A DNA stretch of 20,000 nt from a bacterium (GTDB taxonomy: Bacteria; JADJOY01), in the NCBI GenBank assembly GCA_046331705.1, contig JAXLQJ010000034.1:61612-81611 (forward strand), written 5' to 3'. The translations under genes were made by a program, and so were the position numbers. The notes beneath the pieces are model-generated. The model made no database searches. It saw only the letters and a list, made by a program, of their open reading frames with translations, and was not told the origin of the DNA. Below are positions 9,095 to 17,673 of this stretch, in pieces (the stretch's first letter is position 1; every line of letters begins with the position of its first letter).

Positions 9095-9922
9095 ATGAGC
9101 CTCGCCGCCAACGACTTCGATTATCTCTGCAAGTTCCTCTACGAGCGCTCGGCGATCGTGCTGCAGCCCGGCAAGGAGTACCTCGCCGAGTCGCGGCTCA
9201 TCCCGCTCGCCAAGCAGGAGGGCTTGGGGGGGCTCGCTTCGCTGGTCGCCTCGCTGCGATCCGGCCAGGCGAACGGCCTCGCCCAGCGGGTGGTCGACGC
9301 GATGACCACCAACGAGACGTCCTTCTACCGCGACACCGGCCCCTTCGAGGCGCTCCGGACCCACGTCCTGCCGGCGCTCGTCAAGGTCGCCGAGCGCGAG
9401 CGCGCGCTGCGGATCTGGTCGGCGGCGTCGTCCACCGGCCAAGAGATCTACAGCACCGCGATGCTCATCCGGGACCATTTCCCGCAGCTCACCGGCTGGA
9501 ACCTGCAGCTCCTGGCCACCGACTTGTCGCGTGACGTGCTCGCGCGCGCCCGGGAGGGCCGCTACAACCAGCTCGAGGTGAACCGTGGCCTGCCCGCGCC
9601 GATGCTCGTGCGCCATTTCGAGCGGCACGGCCTGGACTGGCAGCTCAAGGCCGACATCCGGCGCATGGTGGAGTTCCGCGAGCTCAACCTCGCCGCGTCG
9701 TGGCCCTCGCTGGGCAGCTTCGACCTGGTCTTCCTGCGCAACGTCCTCATCTACTTCGACGTCGAGACCAAGCGACGGATCCTGGGCCGCGTGCGCCAGG
9801 TGCTGAAGCCGCACGGCTACCTCTTCCTCGGCGCCGCCGAGACCACGCTGATGCTCGACGACGGCTTCGAGCGCGTGATGTTCGACAAGACCACCGCGTA
9901 CCGGCTGCGCGGGACTCGTTGA
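9095..9922 (+). CDS. cheR: Chemoreceptor methyltransferase CheR
   Basis: MTTNETSFYRD, RIWSAASSTGQEIYS, ATDLS, FDLVFLRNVLIYFD, GYLFLGAAET. Confidence 0.97.
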   Translation: MSLAANDFDYLCKFLYERSAIVLQPGKEYLAESRLIPLAKQEGLGGLASLVASLRSGQANGLAQRVVDAMTTNETSFYRDTGPFEALRTHVLPALVKVAERERALRIWSAASSTGQEIYSTAMLIRDHFPQLTGWNLQLLATDLSRDVLARAREGRYNQLEVNRGLPAPMLVRHFERHGLDWQLKADIRRMVEFRELNLAASWPSLGSFDLVFLRNVLIYFDVETKRRILGRVRQVLKPHGYLFLGAAETTLMLDDGFERVMFDKTTAYRLRGTR

Positions 9923-10073
9923 GAGACGCACGGAGATGTCCCCTCGCGCAGCTGCACCGATCGCTCGCCATGCCCGAGGCAGGCGTGCGCCGACCACGAG
10001 CCGCCCACAGGCGGCCCCACCTCGCCTGGCACGCACGCGACCACCGACACCAGGCTAGAGAGGAGACGCTTCA

Positions 10074-10535
10074 ATGCAGGTCGACGAATCCACGCTGTTC
10101 GAGCTCACCGAGCAGGTCTGGACCTCGATGCTCGGCCTCAACCTCGTCATGGGCAACGGTCATCCGCCCGCGGCCGCGAAGACGCGGCACCTCGTGGGCT
10201 GCGTCGTCATCAGCGGCACGTGGGAAGGCGCGGTGTCGATCGAATGCCCGCTCACCGTCGCGAAACGCGCTGCCGGGATCATGTTCGGCACCGATCCTGC
10301 CGATGCATCCGATGACGAGGTGCGCGACGCCCTGGGCGAGCTCGCGAACATGATCGGCGGCGGCGTGAAATCGCTGCTGCCGGCGCCCAGCCAGCTCTCG
10401 CTGCCGACGGTGGCCGAGGGCGAGTCGCTGGTGCTCTCGGTACCGGGTACCCACGAGGTTCGGCACGTGAGCTTCGCCTGCGAGGGCGAGCCGTGCCGGG
10501 TCGTGATCGCCGCGAAGGAAAACGGCGCGGCGTGA
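10074..10535 (+). CDS. cheX: CheX-family CheY-P phosphatase
   Basis: GCVVISGTWEGAVSI and DALGELANMIGG (E-x-x-N active motif), QLSLPTV. RBS GAGAGGAG. Confidence 0.9.
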   Translation: MQVDESTLFELTEQVWTSMLGLNLVMGNGHPPAAAKTRHLVGCVVISGTWEGAVSIECPLTVAKRAAGIMFGTDPADASDDEVRDALGELANMIGGGVKSLLPAPSQLSLPTVAEGESLVLSVPGTHEVRHVSFACEGEPCRVVIAAKENGAA

Positions 10536-10587
10536 TTTCCGCTGGACGAACCGTGCCGAGCCCGACCTCGGCGGGGAGGACGCGACG

Positions 10588-10947
10588 ATGAAGATCCTGG
10601 TAGTGGACGACAGCAAGGCGATGCGCATGATCGTGATGCGAACCTTGCGGCAGGCCGGCTTCGACGGACACACGATCAGCGAAGCCACCAACGGCGCCGA
10701 AGCGTTGGAAGCCATCAAGAGCGCGGCGCCCGACCTCGTCCTGTCGGATTGGAACATGCCGGAGATGAACGGACTTCAGCTGCTGCAAGAGCTCAAGAAG
10801 CAGGGCTCCCCGGTGAAGTTCGGATTCGTGACCTCGGAGGGCTCGGCCGAGATGCGCCAGCAAGCGACCGAGAACGGCGCCCTCTTCCTGGTCTCGAAGC
10901 CCTTCACCGTGGAAGCGTTCCAGACCGCTCTCGACGGCGTGATCTGA
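10588..10947 (+). CDS. cheY: Single-domain response regulator CheY (second copy)
   Basis: KILVVDDS, VLSDWNMPEMNG, FVTSE, LVSKPF. RBS GGGAGG. Confidence 0.92.
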   Translation: MKILVVDDSKAMRMIVMRTLRQAGFDGHTISEATNGAEALEAIKSAAPDLVLSDWNMPEMNGLQLLQELKKQGSPVKFGFVTSEGSAEMRQQATENGALFLVSKPFTVEAFQTALDGVI

Positions 10948-10950
10948 GCC

Positions 10951-11040
10951 GGCGGATCCGCGCGGAGCCGCGGGGCGCGGCGCTCGCGAGGGGGACGACC
11001 CGCCTCGGATCGGCGGCGGAATCCCGCTGGGGATCCAGCC
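10951..11040. terminator. GC-rich imperfect hairpin between the convergent che operon and EBP gene
   Basis: Outer GGC-GGATCC / GGATCC-AGCC and inner CGAGG-GGG-ACGA-CCC-G-CCTCG (10987-11007). No U-tract on either strand. Confidence 0.3.
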
Positions 11041-11043
11041 TCG

Positions 11044-12411
11044 CTATCGCTTCGGTCGGCCGGAGCCGCGCGCGGGCGCCAACCCGAACTGCTTCATCTT
11101 CTGGTAGAGCGTGCTGCGCGCGATCCCGAGTCGTGCTGCGGCACGCTCCACGTTGCCACGCTCCGCTTCCACCACGCGCACCAGGTGGCGCATCTCCACG
11201 TCGGCGAGCGTGAGCGACAGATCGCCGGTGCGGTCGCGCGGCGAGGGCGCGACGTCGAAACGCACCGCGCTCGCGTCGACCGTGCGTCCGTTCGAGTAGA
11301 GCACCGCGCGCTCCAGCACGTTGCGCAGCTCGCGGATGTTCCCCGGCCAGTGGTAGCTCGTCAGCCGCCGCAACGCGGCTGGCGTGAGCTCGATGCCGGG
11401 CCGTCCCAGCTCGGCGGCGAGGATGCCCAGGATGTGCACCGCGAGCACGCCGAGGTCCTCGCCACGCTCGCGCAGCGACGGCATGCGCAACGGCAGCGCG
11501 CTGATCCGGAAGTAGAAGTCGCTGCGGAAGCGCCTGTCGCGGACCCGCGCCGCCAGGTCGACGTGGGTGGCGGCGAAGAGCCGCACGTCCACCTGCCGCT
11601 CGCGCACGTCGCCCAAGCGACGGAAGCGCTTGTTCTCGATGGCCTTGAGGAGCTTCGCCTGCACTTCCAGGTCGAGGTCGCCGACCTCGTCCAGGAAGAG
11701 CGTGCCGCGATCGGCCACCTCGAAGAGCCCGGACTTGGGGGCCACGGCACCCGTGAAAGCGCCCCGCTCGTGGCCGAAGAGCTCGCTCTCCAGCAGCTCC
11801 CGGGACAGCCCCGCGCAGTTGAGGTCCACGAACGGCTCGTCGCGGCGCGCGCTGTTGACGTGAAGCCACTGGGCGAGCGTTCCCTTGCCGCTGCCGGTCT
11901 CGCCGAGGACGAGGATGGGGCTGTCGCTCGCCAGCAAACGGTGGGCGTCCTCGGCGAGCTGGCGAATGCAGGTGCTCGCGCCGAGGAACGGATCGATCGC
12001 TCGCTGCGCGCCCACCTCCGCCGCACGCGTGCGACGCCGATCGCGGCGAGCAGCCACCAGCCGCTCGATCAGCGCCGCGAGCGATCCCAGCGCCACCGGC
12101 TTGGTCATGAAATGGTCGGCGCCCTGCTGGATGGCGCGCACCGCCAGGTCGATGGTGGCGTGGCCCGTCATGACGACCACCGGCAGCGCAGGATCGGTCT
12201 CGCGCAGCGCCACCAGCAGGTCGAGCGCGTTGCCGTCGGGCAGCATGTAGTCGATCGTCGCGGCGTCCGGCCGCCAGGTGGCCTGGAGCTCGCGCGCCGC
12301 GCCGCAGCTCGCGGCCTCCAGCACCTCGAAGCCGCGCGCGGCGAGGTATTGAGCGACGATGCCGCGCACCGACGGTTCGTCGTCGACGACCAGGATGCGC
12401 GTCACGGGCAT
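11044..12411 (-). CDS. sigma54-dependent enhancer-binding response regulator (NtrC family: REC - AAA+ - Fis HTH)
   Basis: REC ILVVDDE/TIDYMLPD/MTKP. Walker A GETGSGK, intact GAFTGA, Walker B TLFLDE, WPGNIRELRN, HTH GNVERAAARLGIARSTLYQKM. Confidence 0.96.
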   Translation of the reverse strand: MPVTRILVVDDEPSVRGIVAQYLAARGFEVLEAASCGAARELQATWRPDAATIDYMLPDGNALDLLVALRETDPALPVVVMTGHATIDLAVRAIQQGADHFMTKPVALGSLAALIERLVAARRDRRRTRAAEVGAQRAIDPFLGASTCIRQLAEDAHRLLASDSPILVLGETGSGKGTLAQWLHVNSARRDEPFVDLNCAGLSRELLESELFGHERGAFTGAVAPKSGLFEVADRGTLFLDEVGDLDLEVQAKLLKAIENKRFRRLGDVRERQVDVRLFAATHVDLAARVRDRRFRSDFYFRISALPLRMPSLRERGEDLGVLAVHILGILAAELGRPGIELTPAALRRLTSYHWPGNIRELRNVLERAVLYSNGRTVDASAVRFDVAPSPRDRTGDLSLTLADVEMRHLVRVVEAERGNVERAAARLGIARSTLYQKMKQFGLAPARGSGRPKR

Positions 12412-12446
12412 GCGTTAGCGACTCGGCGCCGCAGCGCGCGCATCGC

Positions 12447-13700
12447 TCAGAAAGGGGCGATTCGGATGACCAAGCATGCGTTCGTTCCGCCGAAACCGAA
12501 CGAGTTCTTGAGCAACACCTCCGCGCGAACGGCGCGCGCGCCATCCGCAACGTAGTCGAGATCGCACTCCGGATCGGGTTGCGTCAAGTTCGTCGTGGGC
12601 AGCGCCCTACCCCGCCGCCCGGCCGCCAGCGCGAGCACCGTTTCGATCGCGCCCGCGGCACCGTACGCGTGCCCGTGCATCGATTTCGTGGCGCTCACGG
12701 GCACCTCGTAGGCCCGCTCTCCCAGCACCGACTTGAGCGCGCGCGTCTCGGCGAGATCGCCGTGCGGCGTGGAGGCCGCGTGCGCGCTCACCACGTCCAC
12801 CTCCGACGGCGCCACGTCGGCTGCGGCGAGCGCCATGCGCATGGTGCGCGCCCAATCGCTGCCATCGGGCCGCGGATGGTAGACGTGGTACGCGTCGTTG
12901 GTCTGGGCATCGCCGAGCAGCTCGGCGTGGATGCGGGCGCCGCGCGCGCGGGCGTGGTCGCGATCCTCGAGCACCACGATGCCAGCGCCCTCGGCCATCA
13001 CCAGTCCGGCGCGATCGCGCGCGAACGGCCGCGACGCGCGCTCGGGCTCGGCCGTGGGATTGATCGCGCGGGCGTTGCCCATGCTGCCGAGCAAGACCAG
13101 GCCGATGCACGACTCGGCACCGCCCGCGAGCGCGACGTCCGCGCGCCCCGCGCGAATGAGATCGGCAGCCACGGTGATGGACGTGGCACCGGCGGCGCAC
13201 GCGTTCACGATGCCGTAGTTCGGGCCGCGCAGGCCGTGCTCGAGCGCGACCAGCGCCGACGGCATGTTGCCGGAGATGTTGAGGCTCACGCGCCCGGGCA
13301 GCTCGTGCGCCTTGCGCTCCACGAACGCGGCGTGAAGCGCACGGTGGTACGTGTGACTGCCCGGTGCCGCGACTCCCAGCACCACCGCTGCGCGGTCGCG
13401 CAGCTCGGCGTCGCCGAGATCGAGCGCGGCATCGGCGATCGCCTCCGCCGCGGCCGCCAGCGCGTAGACGATGGCGGGATCGTACGAGCTCGCGTACGCA
13501 GCCGGCACGAAGTGCCTGGCGTCGAGCCCTTCGACCGTCCCCGCGACCCGCGCGGGGATGGACGCGCCGAACTCATCCCACAGGTAGCGCTCGCAGCGCC
13601 GGATGCCCGACGCTCCCGCGAGCGCGCTGGCCAGCGACTCGGCGACCGTGTTGCCGAGCGGGGAGACCAGCCCGAGCCCGGTGATGACCACGTGTTTCAT
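12447..13700 (-). CDS. fabF: Beta-ketoacyl-ACP synthase II-like ketosynthase (FabF family)
   Basis: VVITGLGLVSPLG, catalytic Cys (NACAAG), His (SAHAAST), His (TKSMHGHAYGAAG), C-terminal NSFGFGGTN. Confidence 0.9.
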   Translation of the reverse strand: MKHVVITGLGLVSPLGNTVAESLASALAGASGIRRCERYLWDEFGASIPARVAGTVEGLDARHFVPAAYASSYDPAIVYALAAAAEAIADAALDLGDAELRDRAAVVLGVAAPGSHTYHRALHAAFVERKAHELPGRVSLNISGNMPSALVALEHGLRGPNYGIVNACAAGATSITVAADLIRAGRADVALAGGAESCIGLVLLGSMGNARAINPTAEPERASRPFARDRAGLVMAEGAGIVVLEDRDHARARGARIHAELLGDAQTNDAYHVYHPRPDGSDWARTMRMALAAADVAPSEVDVVSAHAASTPHGDLAETRALKSVLGERAYEVPVSATKSMHGHAYGAAGAIETVLALAAGRRGRALPTTNLTQPDPECDLDYVADGARAVRAEVLLKNSFGFGGTNACLVIRIAPF

Positions 13701-13808
13701 GCGGCATGCTCCGTCTCCCCCCGATCGTCGACCTCGATGTCTCCACCGCCGCGCGCCGGGCCGTTCGGCCCACCTTCGGACACGCGGAGGGTGCTGGCTC
13801 CGGCGCGG

Positions 13809-14972
13809 TCATGCGCGCGGCTGCGCGCTCGGTGCCGGTGCGTTCGTGACCAGCGGCAAGCGGATGCGGAACGTCGTCCCGACCCCCAGCGTGCTCGCGC
13901 ATTCGATCGTGCCGCCGTGGGCGCGCACGATCATCCTGCAGATCTCGAGACCGAGGCCGCTGCCGCTGGGCCGCGTCGTGTAGAAGGCGTCGAACACGCG
14001 TTCGATCTCGTCCGCCGGGATGCCGCGCCCCGTGTCGCGCACCTCGAGCACCGCTTGTCCGTCCTGGGCGCGGCACGCGACCACGATCTCGCCGCCCTCC
14101 GCCGTGGCCTCGGAGGAGTTCTGCACCAGGTTCCACAGCACGCGCCGAAAACGGCGCGGCGCGATGGCGCAGCACACCGGCCCGGCAAGCTCCTGACCCA
14201 GCTTGAACTTCTGATTGATGGTGCTGCGCCGAAGCTCGGCGGTGAACTGGCCGACCAGCTCGGTGAGGTCCGTGACGGCGACGTGGTATTGCGGCACGCG
14301 CCCTTGCGCCATGCACATGAGCTCGCTGGCCAGATCCTGGATGCCCTGGACGCCCTCCTCGAAGAGCGGATTCACCAGGTCCGGCGCGCCGCCGAGGGAC
14401 GAGAGCTCCGCGGCGCCGAGCAGCGCCGTCAGGTAATTGCGGATGTCGTGGGCGATCCCGGCGGCGAGCTTGCCGGCGAGCGCCAGCTTCTCGGTCTGCG
14501 ACAAGCGCTCGCGCGCTTGCTCGAGCTCGCGGTTGCGCGCCGTGAGGTCCCGCACGAGCTGGCGATTCTCGAGCGTGAGCCGGCGCGTCTCGAGCGTCTC
14601 GACGATCGCCATGCGCAGCACCATCGGATCGCACGGCTTGATCAGGAAGCGCTCGACCTGCCCCTCGTTGATGGCGCGCAACATCGCGTCGGCGTCGAGG
14701 AACGCGGTGAGCAGGATCCGGCCCACGTCCGGCTGGTTGGCGCGCATCCACGCGAACAGATCGGTGCCACGCATGCGCGGCATGCGCTCGTCGGCGACCA
14801 CCAGATGGAAGGGCTCGGCGGCCAACAGCGCCTGCGCCTCGGCGCCGTCGCGGGCGGTGCGGACGTCGTATTGCCGCTTCAAGAGGAGCTGCATCGTGTC
14901 GCGCAGCTGCGCTTCGTCATCGACCACCAGGACCTTGGGGCGCTCGACGTTGCTGGGACGATCGTTTTCCAT
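13809..14972 (-). CDS. Cytoplasmic REC - HisKA - HATPase hybrid kinase
   Basis: KVLVVDDE, VVADERMP, LLTAF, LIKP. H-box GIAHDIRN, N-box NLVQNS, DTGRGI, FYTT, GSGLGL. ATG 14972 is preceded by GAGGAG; the track start at 15038 overlaps the upstream gene. Confidence 0.93.
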   Translation of the reverse strand: MENDRPSNVERPKVLVVDDEAQLRDTMQLLLKRQYDVRTARDGAEAQALLAAEPFHLVVADERMPRMRGTDLFAWMRANQPDVGRILLTAFLDADAMLRAINEGQVERFLIKPCDPMVLRMAIVETLETRRLTLENRQLVRDLTARNRELEQARERLSQTEKLALAGKLAAGIAHDIRNYLTALLGAAELSSLGGAPDLVNPLFEEGVQGIQDLASELMCMAQGRVPQYHVAVTDLTELVGQFTAELRRSTINQKFKLGQELAGPVCCAIAPRRFRRVLWNLVQNSSEATAEGGEIVVACRAQDGQAVLEVRDTGRGIPADEIERVFDAFYTTRPSGSGLGLEICRMIVRAHGGTIECASTLGVGTTFRIRLPLVTNAPAPSAQPRA

Positions 14973-15006
14973 GTCGCCGCTGGTCTCCTCGAAAGCAGGG
15001 GACGTC

Positions 15007-17673
15007 TCAGGCCGCCGCTTCCCCGACCTCGGTGTCACTCGCCGCGGCCTTCGCCTCGGGCGGACCCGCGATCGGCAATCGCACCGTCACCTTCGTGCCC
15101 TCGCCCTCGACGCTCGTCAAGCCCACGTGGCCGCCGTGCTCCTCGACGATCTGGCGGGTGAGCGCCAGGCCGAGGCCCGTCCCCTCGCCCGGCGAGCGCG
15201 TGGTGAAGAACGGATCGAAGACGCGGTCGATCTGCGCGCCGGGAATGCCGCAGCCGTTGTCCTCGATCGAGATCTCCAGCTCGTCGGCGGTGCGCCGGGT
15301 CGTCACCCACAGCCGCCCCGCTCCCTCGGGCATCGCCAGGAGCGCGTTCTTGACGAGGTTGAGCAAGACCTGGTTCACGCGACCGATCTGGCAGCGCACC
15401 GAGGCATCCGCGCACAGGTCCTGGATCACCTCGACGTTCGGGTTCGCCAACGCGCCCGTGAGCAGCAAGGTCGAGGTCAAAGCCTGATTCAGGTCGGCGA
15501 GCTCGGGAGCGATCTCGTGCCCGGGACGCGCGATGGCGCGCAGGTACTCGACCACGCTGCGAATGCGGTCGACGCCCGTGCGCGACGCGTCGAGCAGCCG
15601 ACGACAGGTCTCCGCGGGCGAGTCCGGTCCGGTGCCGCCGCCGTCAGGGGTCGCGGCGAGCAACTCTTCGATGACCTCGCGCAGCGCGAACAGCGAGTTG
15701 GCGATGAATCCCAGCGGGTTCAGGATCTCGTGCGCCATTCCACCGGTGAGCAACATCATCGACGCACCGGTCTCTCGCTGCAGCTCGTCCACTCGCTCCT
15801 CCTTGCGCTTGAGCAGCGAACGCACCGCCGCTCGGAGCTCCTTCACGCTGAACGGTTTGATCAGAAAGATGTCGGCGCCGCTCTCGCGGGCCGTGGTGCG
15901 ATCGTCCGCTTGCCCACGCGCGGTCAGCATGACGATCGGCGTCGCCCGCGTGTCGGGATCGCGGCGCAGCTCGCGGCTCAACCACGGCCCATCGCGTCCG
16001 GGCATCATCCAATCGGTGATGACCAGGTTCGGCCGGTGCTCGCGGGCGCGCGCGAGACCTTCCTCGCCGTCACCGGCGGCGATCACGCGGTACTCGGCGG
16101 AGAGCTGCAGGGTGATGAAGCGCAGCAGCTCGACCGAGTCCTCGACCACCAGCACCGTCGCCGCGCGCGGCGGCGCCTCGAGGCGCGGCACGGTGCGGCG
16201 ATCGGCGGCGTCGTGAAGCTCGCCGACGCGGTATTCCGGCTGCTCGGTGACCCGACGGACCCAATCCCCGAGCCCGTGATCCTCGGCGCGCCGCGCCGGT
16301 GACGCGCCGCGCTCCGCGTGGCGCCGGTCGAGACGCTCGGCGGCGATGCCGCTCACGTCGCGCGGCAAGCTCACGTCGAAGGTCGAGCCCTTGCCGACCT
16401 CGCTCGAGACCGCGACTCGGCCACCGTGCAGCTCGACCAGCTCCTTCACCAGCGCGAGCCCGATGCCGGTGCCGCCTCGCGAGCGCGTGGCGCTCGGGTC
16501 CACCTGGCTGAAGCGATCGAAGATCCGCTGGTGCTCGCTCGCGGGGATCCCGATCCCCGAGTCCGTCACCGCGATGCGCAGCTCCGCCGGGTGCTCCTCG
16601 AGGCGCACCCGAATCGAGCCGCCGGCGGGCGTGAACTTGATGGCGTTGGACACGAGATTCAGCACGATCTTCTCGACCTTGGACGCGTCCAGGCGCGCCA
16701 GCACCGGCCGCTCGGGCGCGTCGAGGCGAAGCGTGAGCCCACGCCAGGCGGCCATCGGCCCGGCTTGCGTGGTGATGCTCTTCAGGAGCTCGGTCAGGTC
16801 GCAGACCTCGAGGCGCACCCGCGCCTGCGAAGCCTCGAGGCGCGCCAGGTCGAGGAGATCGTTGATGAGCCGAAGCAGTCCCAGACCGTTGCGCCGGATG
16901 ACGTCCAGGTACTCGATCTCGTGCGCGTCGCGGGCGGCCCGGTTGGACTCCGCGAGGCTTTCCAGCGCCCCCAGCATCAAGGTCAGCGGCGTGCGCATCT
17001 CGTGCGACGCGTTCGCCATGAAGGTGGTCTTCATCTGATCGAGGGCGCGCAGCTTGTCGAGCGCCGCCGCCAGCTCGTGCCGGCCCTCGAACTCGGCGAG
17101 CGCGAGACGCGCGCGTTGCGCGTTCGCCGCGATCGAGATGCCGAGGCCACCGAGGATGAAGAAGGTGTTGTTGAGCGCGGCGCGCCAGCGCACCATCGAG
17201 TCGAGCGACGCGACGCCGAGGTACATCGCCGCCATGCCGACTCCCACCACCGACGCCGTTCGCCAGCCCCACGGCATGATGAGGCCGGCGGCGAGCATCG
17301 TCACGATGAGACCCGCGTAGTAGAGGCTGTCGCCGTAGCCGGTGTAGGTGAGCATCACGCAGATGATGGCGCTCACCCACAGCACCGCGATCGCGCTCAC
17401 CACCACCAACGCCTCCATCGACCGCGGCCGGCGCGCCCACGCGATGATCGGCAGGTACGCGACGGCGCAGAGCACGCGCAGTCTCAGAAAATCGTGCACC
17501 ACCCCCGGAAACTGCGACGGCGGATAGACCACCCAATCCACCGCCCAGAACAGCAGGAAGATGACGATCGCCACCAGCGAGAAGAGCCGCACTCCGCGGC
17601 GCAGCGTCTCGCGGACCTCTTCGTCCCACGCCGCGCGAATCTCCGGATCGGCTGTCGCTCGGGAGCGTTTCAT
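15007..17673 (-). CDS. Membrane hybrid sensor kinase: 6 TM - HisKA/HATPase - REC - second HisKA/HATPase (888 aa)
   Basis: ATG 17673 overlaps the upstream TGA (ATGA). Six hydrophobic segments. H-box 1 NASHEMRTPLT, NLVSNAIKF, DSGIGI, GTGIGL. REC VVEDS/ITDWMMP/LTARG/IKPF. H-box 2 GMAHEILNPL, NLVKNA, DNGCGI, FDPFFTT, GTGLGL. Confidence 0.9.
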   Translation of the reverse strand: MKRSRATADPEIRAAWDEEVRETLRRGVRLFSLVAIVIFLLFWAVDWVVYPPSQFPGVVHDFLRLRVLCAVAYLPIIAWARRPRSMEALVVVSAIAVLWVSAIICVMLTYTGYGDSLYYAGLIVTMLAAGLIMPWGWRTASVVGVGMAAMYLGVASLDSMVRWRAALNNTFFILGGLGISIAANAQRARLALAEFEGRHELAAALDKLRALDQMKTTFMANASHEMRTPLTLMLGALESLAESNRAARDAHEIEYLDVIRRNGLGLLRLINDLLDLARLEASQARVRLEVCDLTELLKSITTQAGPMAAWRGLTLRLDAPERPVLARLDASKVEKIVLNLVSNAIKFTPAGGSIRVRLEEHPAELRIAVTDSGIGIPASEHQRIFDRFSQVDPSATRSRGGTGIGLALVKELVELHGGRVAVSSEVGKGSTFDVSLPRDVSGIAAERLDRRHAERGASPARRAEDHGLGDWVRRVTEQPEYRVGELHDAADRRTVPRLEAPPRAATVLVVEDSVELLRFITLQLSAEYRVIAAGDGEEGLARAREHRPNLVITDWMMPGRDGPWLSRELRRDPDTRATPIVMLTARGQADDRTTARESGADIFLIKPFSVKELRAAVRSLLKRKEERVDELQRETGASMMLLTGGMAHEILNPLGFIANSLFALREVIEELLAATPDGGGTGPDSPAETCRRLLDASRTGVDRIRSVVEYLRAIARPGHEIAPELADLNQALTSTLLLTGALANPNVEVIQDLCADASVRCQIGRVNQVLLNLVKNALLAMPEGAGRLWVTTRRTADELEISIEDNGCGIPGAQIDRVFDPFFTTRSPGEGTGLGLALTRQIVEEHGGHVGLTSVEGEGTKVTVRLPIAGPPEAKAAASDTEVGEAAA

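Noticed and set aside
10027-10042. TGGCACG upstream of cheX as an internal sigma54 promoter
   Set aside because: The -24 box is perfect but the -12 position reads AC, not the invariant GC.
12447-13700. Type II PKS cluster
   Set aside because: No chain-length factor, ACP, cyclase or reductase in the window; the motifs fit a FabF-type enzyme.
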